From the NCBI GenBank assembly GCA_965112735.1, contig OZ218953.1:3906001-3970000 (forward strand): 64,000 nucleotides of DNA. The letters are read 5' to 3'. Each line of letters starts with the position of its first letter. Within the stretch, counting starts at the first letter, position 1. Below, one piece after another: positions 11,401 to 22,601 of the stretch. Position numbers and translations under genes: made by a program. The notes beneath the pieces are model-generated. The model was given only the letters and a program-made list of their open reading frames with translations, searched no databases and had not been told where the DNA came from. The DNA comes from Phaeosaccion multiseriatum. Lineage: Eukaryota; Protista; Ochrophyta, other classes.

Positions 11401-14400
11401 GAAGGGAAGGAGGGTGATATCGGAGGGCACGATTGGGGCGGGGCAGAATCGCTTTATCTCTCTTCACTCATGTCGCTTTATCTCTCTTTTTTTCTTCATG
11501 TCTTACTGTATGCAGGCCTTGCAAAATTCACTCTGCTGGATACCGTGAAGGAGATGCACGGGAAGAACATCGAATGTATAAAGGTCGGTGGATGGGGGAA
11601 GAAAAGGCGAAGACAGGTTGCCCATCTCTCTTGCTTGATTGACTTGTGGATGGAGCTTTCCCCCTCACCTTCGACCCCAATGCTTGTCACCTTGCGCGCA
11701 TACGTACAGGCTTTGCTGACGATTGCCCTGGAGGACGGCAATTACCTGGCAGAGTCGTGGGACAGCGTCTTGCGTTACATCAGTCAGCTGGCGAGGCTGC
11801 AGCTCTTCGCCTCGGGCCTTCACACGGACGACATCTTCTTTGGCGGGGAGGAGCCCAGCGAGGGGAAGGGGAGGCGCGGCTCAGGAAATGGGGCGGGGGG
11901 AGGAGGAGGAGGAGGGATGGGAGGAGGAGGAGCAGGTGGAGGAGGCAATAGCGGTGTCGCAAAGCGAGGGCTGCTCGGGTTGGGAGGCGCTAGAAACAAG
12001 CCCGGAGGCGGGGGGGGAGGTGGAATATTTGGCAACAGGGCAAATCAGTTCGAAATGACCCGTGATTTAGAAAGGAGCAATGCAGAGGTGGTGAACTCTC
12101 ACTTGGACCAGGCGGCTATTGATCGAGTCTTCAGCAACAGCGTCAACCTGTCCAGCGACGCCGTCCACGCCTTTATTGTGTCACTCTGCAACGCCAGCTT
12201 CGACGAGATCAACCACAGCTGCACAGCCACCTTCCGCTCGAGGGACGTCCTGGATGACATGAGTCAGCCCCGAGTCTTCTCTCTACAGAAGCTTGTGGAG
12301 GTGGCGGATTGGAACATGGACTCGCGCTCCAGGCTGGTCTGGTCCAACATTTGGAAGGTTCTGTCGGAGCACTTTGCAGAAATCGGCACGCACGAGAATC
12401 CCCAGGTACGCTAATTGTCGCTTCCCCTAATCGGCAGCGTACACGGCTTGCCCGGGAGCGCCATGCCCCAGTACGCAGCATATCGCTCGCGTTTCCGACC
12501 CGTTCCGTTTCTCGTTTGTCTTTTCTTTGTCCTTCTTTCTGTGGCTCCTAACCCCCCCCACCTATCTCTCTCCTCACTTCGTTCTTGTCCGACGGAAACT
12601 CCCGCTCTTCCTCCCCTTTCTTTTACTTTGCTGTTTTGTCGTAAAGGTTGCCATGTACGCCATTGACTCTTTGCGGCAACTCGCGGTCAAGTTCATGGTG
12701 AAGGAGGAGTTGCGGGACTTCAACTTCCAGAGGCTGTTCCTGAGGCCCTTTGAGAGCATCATGGCCCACTCCAAGCGGCTCGAGGTGCGCGAGTTCGTGC
12801 TGCGGTGTATCGATAATCTCGTGCAGGTGCGGGGGCAGAACATTCGCTCCGGGTGGAAGTCGATTCTCAGCGTGCTGGCCATTGCGGCGCGAGACCCGGT
12901 CGAGGAAATTTCGCTCTTTGCATGGGAGACGGTGTCGCGTCTGTTGAGGGAGAACAATGAGGAGGGCAGACTGATTCAGGAGGACTGCTTGGAAGTGATC
13001 AAGTGCCTGTTAGCGTTTGTGGAGACTGGCAGTCTTGACCTGTCTCTTCAAGCGGCAGCGTCTCTAGAGAAGATTTCCGACACGCTGGTGAGCGTCACGA
13101 CGGGGCAAGGAGCGGCCTCGTGGGCGTTGGCCCCTCAGGCACAGCAGGTCTTTGGGGGCGGCTTGATAAAGGGGGTCGCAGGAGTAGCGGGTACACCACC
13201 ACCACCAGCCTCCGCGGCAGCAGCGGCAGCGGCAGAGGCGAACAAGATGCACTTGCAGCTGTGGTGGCCGCTCTTGTTTGGCCTGAGCGAGTGTGTAGGG
13301 GACAGCCGCTGGGAAGTGCGAAAAGTGTGTCTCCAGGCTCTGAACCGTGTGTTGGTGCGACATGGGGGCATCTTCAGCACGCACACTTGGGAGCTCTTGT
13401 TCAGAGGCGTCTTCGCCCCGATGATGGAGTCCGCCGCCACAGATACTTCGGCGCTATTTGTGAGCTCCTTCCCTGCGGATGAGCCACCAGCCACGCCGCC
13501 CAACAAGGCGAGCTGGATTGCCACTACGGCAGGGCCAGTCCTAGAGCTGTGTGCCGAGCTTTACTTTACGCACGACGAGCTGCTTTCGCCTCTTCTACCG
13601 GAGGTGTTGCGGCTGTTCCAGTCTGCCGTATGCCAAGAGTCGGAAGCGTTGGCCCGCATCGGACTGGACGAGCTGCAGAGTTTCTTGGGGAGGCTGTGGG
13701 AGCGCGAGTCCAGGGTGGAGCAGCAGCAGGACAAGGCGGGCAGCAGCAGTGGGAAGGGGACGACACAGGCGCACAAGGAGGGGGAGGGGGAGGCAAGTTC
13801 CAACGTGTGGAATTGTGTGGTGTCTTGTCTGGGCGTCATCACCAGGTATAGCTTGCCTGCCGAGCTCCTGGACCGGTGCTGTGCCCCGCCTAGCAGTCTG
13901 ACCCCGGACAGCTTTAGCGATGATGGTAGCAGCGGTAGCACGATTGCTTTCCCGGATGGCCGGGCGCACCAAAAGATTGTGGGCAACGGAGCAGGTGGTG
14001 ATGACTCACAGCAGCCACTGCCAGAAGGCGGAGGGAGGCAGCAGGCCGTGAGTGTGGGCGGAGCAACGGAGCTCAAGGCGTTGATGGCGCAGCTCGTGGT
14101 TTCGCTTCGAATGCCCCGCCTCATCCTCAGCATCATCTCTCGGTACGCGCACTTAATGTCGGATGCAAACGTGATGACCTTAGTGGATACGATGGATCAG
14201 TCCCGAGCCGCAGCCTTGCGCTTCAATCGGTGCATCGAGCTCCGCAAAGCGCTGGCCCGGAGAGACTTTATGGTGCCCAGGGGGGGAGGGCACTCGTGGC
14301 CGCTGCCGGTGTGTGCGTCCCTACAGCAGGAGCCGGCGGCCTTGCTGGCCATGCTGCGAGCGTTGAGCTTTGTGGCGTTTGGGGCGGACGCGGGCAAGGC

Positions 14401-14451
14401 CCCAGCATGGACTGGTGCGAAGCGCGAAGGCAGCGGCAGCAGCCCGAGCAA

Positions 14452-14486
<35 letters not shown>

Positions 14487-15107
14487 CCGTGGTGGGGGGT
14501 GAGGGCGGCGCCACTCAACGAGCAGCGGACGCCACTCAGCGACTGGGCAGGTACGGGGTAAAAGGAGAGAGCGGGTTTTGGGGTTTGATCCCACGCACAA
14601 AGTCCATTCGTGTACAGCTGCTTGCTTTGGCGCCCCTCACCTTCAATCTGACTTTGTTAACTGACACCTCTCTCCACCTACATTGATGATGCTGAACCAA
14701 CGTGCAGGCTGTGCCACTTCATCGTCATGAGCTACGTGTCCTTGGAAGAGAGTATGAAGCGGGACCAAGGCGCGGCGGGTGGTAAGGGTAGCGGTAGCAG
14801 TAGTAGCAGCACTAGCGGAAGCGGCGGTGGCAGCAGCGGCGGCAGTGGCGGTGGCAGTAGCGGCCCTAAGCCCGACCTCAGCCTGCAGGGCGCTCTTGCC
14901 GAACTGGAGCTCACCAATATGGGCCCTGTGCTCATGCAGGCCCTGGGTGCGCTGCAGCAGATGGACGACGCCATGCTGAGAACCAACAGCTCATGGGTCG
15001 TCGCCAGCCTGGTGCGCCTCATTAGCTGTTCCTCGGACGAGGTGCGGGAGGCGGTGCAGCGCATCTTCCAGGCTCGCATCGTCGGACTCATGCTCACGCC
15101 GACATGA
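5478..15107 (+). CDS. Brefeldin A-inhibited large ARF guanine nucleotide exchange factor (BIG/Sec7 family)
   Basis: About 17 GT-AG exons. DCB region, HUS box (LNYDCD), Sec7 motifs FRLPGEAQKIDRMMEKFA and IMLNTDLHNP, HDS motifs FSLQKLVEVA, NIRSGWK and LWWPLLFGL. Confidence 0.95.
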
Positions 15108-15867
15108 CCCCATTTGCACACACTTGGCACACACTTGTCTCTTGTCATTCGTTGAGTATGTTAATGCATGCATTGGGAAGAAAACACACTTACTACATAC
15201 TCTCTTCTACCTCCGGTGTACCTCCGGTGTGGGCTGTGCCTCTCCTCCAGGGTGGGCTCTTGGGCTCCTGGTCAGTGGGAATGAATACACCTAATAGAGC
15301 TGTTCAAGGGGCCCCATTGCAACTTACAGCACACTCCACCCACTCATCCGATTTCCGCGTTCTCTTCCTCTGTGGGATGACACTTCGCCGAGTGTCGAGC
15401 TGCATGGGCACAGAGGGTAGGGCGGCCCATCCTCGGGGGGGGTTGGGGTGGAGACTCCCCTCCTGCTCCAGTCTGAACGACAGCAGACGATAGGCTTGGG
15501 AGCCGCCGAAGACATGTCGCCAGAACGCAGCACCAAGAACGAGGGAAGGGTTCTCCTTGACCTCGTCAGGTCGTGTTGCCTACGCCTCTCACCCCTCTCT
15601 CACAGCAGTTGTTAGACGCGCACCGGACTGTATGTGGAGTGCGCAAGTCGCAGGACACATTTACACAATTTGCTCTTCGGAGGAACTCTTGCGCACTTGT
15701 CAACGCAACTGGGCACCCCCCCTATTAGCCTTGGTCTGCTCTGGCCTCTGATGGTGGGCTGTCTCGTCTCTCCCACGAAACCGACCCATCGGGCCCGTAG
15801 AACGCTGAGGGCTTGACAAGATAGGGCACAGGCGGAAACCCCCACTGCAAGTGCATCAGGGCGGTAA

Positions 15868-17069
15868 TCAGAGCTCTTCCTTCGCCGCTGCTTCTGCTGC
15901 TGGTGCTGCTGTATCACCAACTGCTGCATCTGGCCGCAACAGGCCCCACTTGTCCTGCACCCACTGCACCACATCGGGCCTATCCTTGTGCCTGTCTTTG
16001 AGCTGCCGCACGAGCGCCCTCTGCTCGAGCTCGTCCGCGTCCCAGGCCACGCTGGCAAGAGCGAGCCAGGCGTCGGCAAGGCTGTTGTCTCCAACCACGC
16101 TCATGACAAGACCAGGGCCCTCCGCGGCTTTGACTGCGTGTGTCAATCGCTCCCCTGCCGCCCCTGAAGGGAAAGTGTTTGCGGATGCACGTGATGGGGG
16201 GGGGGGGAGGGAAGGGGAGGGGAGGGGAGGGGAGGGGAGGGGAGGGGGGGGGAGGGGAGGGGAGGGGAGGGGAGGGGAGGGGGGGGGAGGGGAGGGGAGG
16301 GGAGGGGAGGGGAGGGGAGGGGAGGGGGGAGGGGAGGGGAGGGGCGGGGAGGGGAGGGGAGGGGGGAGGGGAGGGGAGGGGAGGGGAGGGGAGGGGAGGG
16401 GAGGGGAGGGGAGGGGAGGGGAGGGGAGGGGAGGGGAGGGGAGGGGAGGGGAGGGCAAGCGAAGGGAGGGAAGGGCAGGGGGGGGAGGGTGAGTCCAAGT
16501 CCCGGAATTCGCGCTTCTTCTTGTCGAGTGCCTTACCTGTGATGAACATCCCCGGAATGAACAAGGTTCTGGCCTGCTCCGAGAGGGTCGGACGGGCGGC
16601 CGCAGCAGCAGCACAGCAGCAGCACAGCAGCAGCACAGCAGCAGCACAGCAGCAGGGCAGCAGGAGAGCAGCAGGTGTAAGAAGCAAAAACGATGGGTCG
16701 AGGAAGAGTAAGAATGTCGCTTCCATCCATGAATTCAGCCCTTGAGTCCAGAGAAAAGAGAGTGAGCACAACGGGCTCCGATTCAAGTGCACCCCAGCCC
16801 CCTCCACCCGACCCCTTGTCCTGACACCTCGGTACCATACCTGCTCGTCAGGGGCGCCGATGTTCTGCAGAGCGGTGAATTGGGCCGCCACCCCGCTGCC
16901 TGCTGCCGCAACGTTGTCCATGAAGAGGATTGCCCTGCCCTCGGCCTTTTGCACGTTTAGAGCCTTGTCGCCGAATGAGCACTTCCCCCTGCGCACCATG
17001 ACTACACTCGCGTACACCTAGTCCACCACAAAACACGCAAACCACAGCACGTGAGGGCAGCCACACACA

Positions 17070-17104
<35 letters not shown>

Positions 17105-19526
17105 CAAAAAATTGCATTTCAATGTCTGTAAGTAGTTGAAATGCCCCCGCTTCTCCCACACCCATGCATCGCCATACCCTCCCTCTTATCATACCTCGTC
17201 TTCATTCTTCAGCGGCGTGCACGCGTCCGGGGGGTCCGCTATCGTGAGCAAGACGGGCCCGCGGGGCAGCACCGAGCCGAAGGTGGCGGCCATGAACTCA
17301 GCCCGAACAGCTTCCTGGGGCCCTCCCTGTGTCTCCAGCACGCCGCTGTCCACCTTGGAGAGCAAAGGACCGCCGTAGAGGAGCAAGCAAGGTCAGGCAA
17401 GGCAAGGCAAGTCAAGCTAAGAACCCCACGCACACGACATGAGAGCAGAGAGACTCTTCATATTTTCTACAGTAGGGCCTCTCACCCCTCCTTGTCCTAT
17501 CCGATGGGAGGCAGCGAAAGGCAGTCCTCTTTCAGTGGTATCACCAGAGGTCACCCAGAGCACCACGCAATGCCCGTCGCCACCCCCGCACACCACCTCC
17601 TACTTACCTGCAACTCCATGTCTCTCTCCTCGGGCAGCAGGGGCAAGCAGATGGCCCGCCCCGACCCGCACTGGAGCGGCATGATGCGCGCCCTGGTGGC
17701 GGAGGCGTCTTGCCACTCCAGCGCCTTGTCTAGGTTCAGCTTGACGGACTCACGCACGCTGAGGAGGGAGGGAGGGAGTGGGGGAGGGTTAGGGAGGAGG
17801 AAGGAGGAAGGAGGAAGGAGGGAGGAGAGAGGAGGGAGGAGGGAGGAGGGAGGAGGGAGGAGGGAGGAGGGAGGAGGGAGGGAGGGAGGGAGGGAGGGAG
17901 GGAGGGAGGGAGGGAGGGAGGGAGGAGGGAGGAGGGAGGAGGGAGGAGGGAGGAGGGAGGAGGGAGGAGGGAGGAGGGAGGAGGGAGGAGGGAGGAGGGA
18001 GGAGGGAGGGCCACAATTTACAAGGGAGGAGCATCCACGGAGAGTGAGTCAGCGTACATCCAGCGCCCTCTCCTCGCATGCCGTCTGCAATCTCTCTGAG
18101 GTACCCTCTCTTCCCCTCATTTCTCTTACAGGATGGTGGCGGTGTTGTCCGGCCCCTTGACCTCCTCTTGCACCTGCGTGCCGAGCGTGGCGGCGACTCG
18201 GAACAGGTTCTCATCGTCGTTGATTATCACCACTGCAGCCGCATTGACGTTGCTTCCGTTATTTGCCTGCGCATGGGGCGAGCAGTGAGGAGGAGGAGGG
18301 GGGGAGTGAGCTATTGCGCTAAATGCTCGTATGGGCCAAGCACCTTGATCAGAGCCGCAGGATATAGTCGGCACCAACCATTCCGGATTTATCCAATCCT
18401 CAAGTAAGTGTCTCCCACCTTTTCCACAAAGCTGCAGCCCCCTCGCTCCATGAGGAGGAAGTGTCCGCTGAGATCGCCCGCTGCTGCGGGGTCGATGCCG
18501 CACCCGTCCCGCGGCTCCGCCCACACCAGCTTGGCGTCGATGAGGGGAGGGGGGGCACCGAAGCTCGCCAGGAAGTACTGAGGATGGCAAAGCGAGGCGA
18601 GTGTCAGAAAGAGGCTGCCAACAAAGCATGCGGGCTCTCTTGCGCTCTGCTGCAAGTGAGACGTGTTTGGGTTGTGTGATACACGTGGTCAGCTGTCCTC
18701 TGTCAAGGGCGGGTCTTCTCGATCGCGATGGTGATGTGGTGATGGGGCACATTTATACCTCTTTCGCGGACGGAAGCTACATACCTCATAGCTTGACACA
18801 GACCCGTCCAAGAACAATCTGCCGTAGCTTAGCGCGTTCCTCTCCACGAGCAGAGGATCCAGCTCCTCCACCCTGATCTCTTCGACCGTTTTCAGCTCCT
18901 CTATCCTCGCCTTAAATCGCTTGATCTGAGGGCCGGGGGCGGGGATGAAGGAGGAAGAGGAGAAAGGAGTATTGCAGGAGCAAGAAAGGGGTCAGGAGGA
19001 GGACCATCACGCTGTGAAGCGTGCGGGATGCTCACGAACGACACAAGGAAGGGGGTCAAGAGACAGTTTTCGAAAGGATAGATGAAACTGCTGATAGAGG
19101 CAGCCACACATTCCTCCCAAGCTCCTACCTCGTCCTTTGAGCAGCCCATGAGTCTCAGGTCCATGTCTTTGAGCTTGAAAGCAGCGTGCGTCTCGTCGAT
19201 GGACTTGGAGTAGAAGGTGTCGAGATATGCGCCCATCTCGAGCTCCTGCTCGACCAGGCCACCAGAAAGACGCGTGTCAGTAGTACAGAAGCAAGCCGTC
19301 AGGGTGATAGACTCTTCTTTCTCCATATGTGTTTGTTATAGCTCTCCCGCCCTCTAGACTTCCTTTCCCTCCTCACCTCGAGCAAAGCGGCCAGCTCCGG
19401 CAGCCCCTCATCCGCCAGCCTGGTCTTCACCACCCTGCTGTGGGTATACTTGCGCAAGAGAAGGTTGTCATCCTTCTCGGCACTGGCCACGAGCAGCAGC
19501 AGCAGCGGCAGTAGAAGACGAAGCAT
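15868..19526 (-). CDS. Secretory-pathway protein: signal peptide, SAM-like domain, two protease-associated (PA) domains, C-terminal KEEL
   Basis: Exons approx 19526-19377, 19245-19129, 18925-18785, 18577-18419, 18265-18129, 17758-17607, 17353-17195, 17017-16841, 16573-16537, 16163-15868. PA signatures ERGGCSFVEK and RRGKCSFGDKA. Ends AKEEL-stop. Confidence 0.75.
16195..16489. repeat. (GGGGA)n G-rich tract in the last intron of the SAM-PA gene
   Basis: About 290 bp of near-pure GGGGA units. Confidence 0.95.
17761..18010. repeat. (GGAGGGA)n/(GGGA)n purine tract in an intron of the SAM-PA gene
   Basis: Tandem purine repeats read directly. Confidence 0.95.
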
Positions 19527-19625
19527 AGCTGAAAATGTGAGAGTGTGGCGAACGGGTAACTTTTACTTTTAGACGGAATGGCACCAGAAGGGGATGCCTC
19601 ACTGCCCCGGACATTCATCGACAGG

Positions 19626-22139
19626 ATGGCAAGGAAGAGAAGAGGCCCTTGGGCTCGCTCTCCCTGTGGATGCGGGCGGCGGTTGTCTCTGTTAGTGCTT
19701 GGGGGGGCGCTTTCTTCTTCTTCAGCAGTATCAAGAGCAGCAACAGCGGCAGGTTTTTCTGCTGACGAGGGCTCTTCGACCTGGGCACTTCAGCAGCCAC
19801 AGCAGCAACAGCTACGGCCTTTGATCTTGGGAGACAGGGCGCTTCAAATTCATAGCGTAGAGGGTACGACTACTGGGGAAGAAGAGTACATCAGAGCTCC
19901 TACGCCTGCGCCTTCATTGACTGAGGCGGGGAACGAGAGCCCCGACGAGGAGGTCATCGTCACTGACACGACTGCTGGCCACGAAGACTCTAGCAGCGCT
20001 CCCACGTCTGCGCCTTCATTAACTGAGGGGCCAGTGGTGGACGAGGGCGACGGCGACGATAGTGAGGTCCCCGTCACTGATACGACTGCTGAGGAAGAAG
20101 GCTTTAGCAACGCTCCCACACCATCGCCTTCATTGACCGAGGCTCCAGCGGGGGACGAGGGCGAGGGCGAGGGCAGCGATGCGGAGCTCCCCGTGACTGA
20201 CAGCGTTGGCGATACCGGCGGCACCACCAGCGACACGGACAACACCGGTAGCACCAGCAGCCCGTCGCCACTTCTGACCTCTCTTCCCACTGCCACCCCC
20301 ACACTTGCACCAACCTTACTGGCAAGCTCGGCGCCGAGCTCTGCGCCAAGCTCCGCGCCAACGACTGCTGCTGCTTCCACCCCGGCCCCTTCCCAGACCA
20401 TCTTTGTCCCTCCTCCCCCCACCCCAAAACTCTGGTATCCCTTGTCCTACCCGGAGTACTGCAATCTGGATCCCGGCTCGCATGCCCTGCCTTCGCTGGC
20501 GAGGTCGCTGCGCACGACCTTTGGTCCCTCGGTAGGCCTGAATGACGTGGACATGGTCCAGGTGCAGGTTCTCATCCGGCACGGGGCACGCACGCCATAC
20601 TCGGCCTACAAGTGCTGGGACAACTACGACGACGTGTGGGACTGCGGCTTGACGGAGTTAGAGGTGCACACCAAGAATGGTGTTGAAGATGGCGTTTCTT
20701 ACTCCACCGAGCTCTTCGACAAGGTGTTTGATGCCAACCCGCCGGGGAATGAGCTCAACGGCACCTGTCGGATGGGGCAGCTTGTCGCCCAGGGCTACAC
20801 TCAGCATGTCGACAATGGGAACCACTTGATGGATGCCTTTGTGTGTAGAGCGTCGCACTGCCTGTTTTCCTCTCGGCGACTCGAAGACATTGGGGTTGAG
20901 AACATCCACTTTCGCTCCGACAACGACCCACGCGTGTACATGTCTGGAGAGGTCCTCCTGGCCACTCTTTTCGAGAGCGGCGGGGCAGGGGCAGAAGGGG
21001 GCGCAGAGGTGGTGCTCCCGATGCACACGGCCGATATGACTCTCGACTGGGTCACGCCCAATTTCAAGGCGTGTCCTCGGCTCGGGGAGCTGCAGAATGA
21101 TGCCACACACTCGGAGGAGTACGTTCCGGTGAAGCAGGCGATGGCGGCCCTCAACAGCACGCTCGAAAACGTATGGGGCGACGCCCATGACACTTGGGAT
21201 GCCTTCGACTGCCTCATGACCCACGTGTGTAGCGACAAGGGGGTGCCCAACAGCGCCTACATGGAGGAGTACGGGGAGGAGATTGCCCAGTCCATTATCG
21301 ATGCCTCGACGGAGAAGCAGAACTTTGCCTACCTCTACAACGACCGGGCCTTTGCCAAGCTCGGCATGAGCAAGTATATTCGTTTCGTGCGGGACAAGAT
21401 GCAGGCGGCCGTATCCAGCAGTAGTAGTAGCAGCAGCAGCAGCAGCAGCGAAAGCAGCGACGCCAGCGGTGAGGACGACGCCCGTCCGCCTTTCGAGCCA
21501 TTCGTGCTGCTGGCGGGTCACGATACTAGCCTCATGCCCTTCCTCTCGGCAGTGGCAGGGAACCAGGGGGGCTGGGACCGGAAGTGGGTGCCGTACGGCA
21601 GCATGCTGACGTTTGAGGTGATGAACATAGGGGGCACCTTCTACTACCGCATGGTGCTCAACGGACAAGTGGTGCGTGTGGACGGCTGCACAGAGGACAT
21701 TTGCACCGTGGCGCACTTTATGGAGACGACCAGCTTTGTGGAGGAACAATACCGGGACTGGGACGAGTCGTGCCAGGCCCTGGACGAGCATCGAGACGGA
21801 CATGAAGATGAAGGCTCGGGCAGCGGCTCCGGTACCGCATCTCCCACGCCCATGCCCACCTTCGACGAATCCCCCTGGTCCAACTCCACCGCCGCCGTGG
21901 AGACTGCCAGCTCCCAGCCTCCGTGGATGGTGAGGAGTGACGATGGGGAGGTACTCTTTCGGCCGCTTATCGTGGCCGCCTTTTCGTGTATGGCCTTTGT
22001 GCTGAGCCTGCTACTCGGTTATGGGCCCTCTCGCGTCTGCTGCAGCTGCTGTAGTTCGCGCCTCTTTGGCTACAAGGGCAGCAGCGGCGGGGGCGCAGCG
22101 AGGAGCGGCGAGCCCTACCAGCAGCTCGACATGATTTAG
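19626..22139 (+). CDS. Histidine acid phosphatase (branch 2), type I membrane protein with acidic Pro/Thr-rich repeat stalk
   Basis: Intronless ORF (alternative start 19578). RHGARTP and GHDTS catalytic motifs, hydrophobic leader, three APT(P/S)(A/S)PSLTE repeats, C-terminal TM and YQQL tail. Confidence 0.88.
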   Translation: MARKRRGPWARSPCGCGRRLSLLVLGGALSSSSAVSRAATAAGFSADEGSSTWALQQPQQQQLRPLILGDRALQIHSVEGTTTGEEEYIRAPTPAPSLTEAGNESPDEEVIVTDTTAGHEDSSSAPTSAPSLTEGPVVDEGDGDDSEVPVTDTTAEEEGFSNAPTPSPSLTEAPAGDEGEGEGSDAELPVTDSVGDTGGTTSDTDNTGSTSSPSPLLTSLPTATPTLAPTLLASSAPSSAPSSAPTTAAASTPAPSQTIFVPPPPTPKLWYPLSYPEYCNLDPGSHALPSLARSLRTTFGPSVGLNDVDMVQVQVLIRHGARTPYSAYKCWDNYDDVWDCGLTELEVHTKNGVEDGVSYSTELFDKVFDANPPGNELNGTCRMGQLVAQGYTQHVDNGNHLMDAFVCRASHCLFSSRRLEDIGVENIHFRSDNDPRVYMSGEVLLATLFESGGAGAEGGAEVVLPMHTADMTLDWVTPNFKACPRLGELQNDATHSEEYVPVKQAMAALNSTLENVWGDAHDTWDAFDCLMTHVCSDKGVPNSAYMEEYGEEIAQSIIDASTEKQNFAYLYNDRAFAKLGMSKYIRFVRDKMQAAVSSSSSSSSSSSSESSDASGEDDARPPFEPFVLLAGHDTSLMPFLSAVAGNQGGWDRKWVPYGSMLTFEVMNIGGTFYYRMVLNGQVVRVDGCTEDICTVAHFMETTSFVEEQYRDWDESCQALDEHRDGHEDEGSGSGSGTASPTPMPTFDESPWSNSTAAVETASSQPPWMVRSDDGEVLFRPLIVAAFSCMAFVLSLLLGYGPSRVCCSCCSSRLFGYKGSSGGGAARSGEPYQQLDMI

Positions 22140-22252
22140 CCTCATTGACTTGTACAAATACACTCCTTTGTTTGAGCGTAGTTCGACCCTGACGTGCAAT
22201 CGACCTATCTTCGGTACCTTGTAGGCGTATAGAGGAGAGAAGATTGTTGTAA

Positions 22253-22296
22253 TATTACACCCTTAAGTGCCATCTGTGGTTGTCTAAAAGTAATGG
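22253..22296 (+). promoter_or_regulatory. 45-bp recurrent upstream element (TATTACACCCTTAAGTGCCATCT...GTCTAAAAGTAATGG)
   Basis: Reverse complement matches 37497-37542 with 2 mismatches and 1 indel. Partial copy at 19563-19584. Confidence 0.65.
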
Positions 22297-22601
22297 CTCA
22301 TCGCCCTGGGGAACTTAGTCCCCGAGGTCGTATCCCTCCAATGCGTACTCGAGACGTCCGCTTGTTTTTGGACGTCCCGAGTACGCCTCTTACCATGGCG
22401 TTGTTGTTTGTTCGTTGTTGTTTTCGTTTTCGTTTGTTGTTTTGTTCAAGAACGCAACGACTTTTTGGATGGACGGCGGACGGCACCCGATGCCCCTGGA
22501 CGAAAAAACTTGAAACTGAAACTAAACAAAAAAATGTTTGAATTTCTCTCGCGACCCACCCTTTGCCTGTCCTCTTTTCGCTTTGCCGCCCTTCCCTGCC
22601 C

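Noticed and set aside
15851-16745. Extensin-like (PPLPS)n and (GEGRG)n ORFs
   Set aside because: These are translations of the intronic (GGGGA)n tract.
20658-21803. Long antisense ORFs (also 25596-26678 and 56891-57643)
   Set aside because: These are shadows of GC-rich coding strands.
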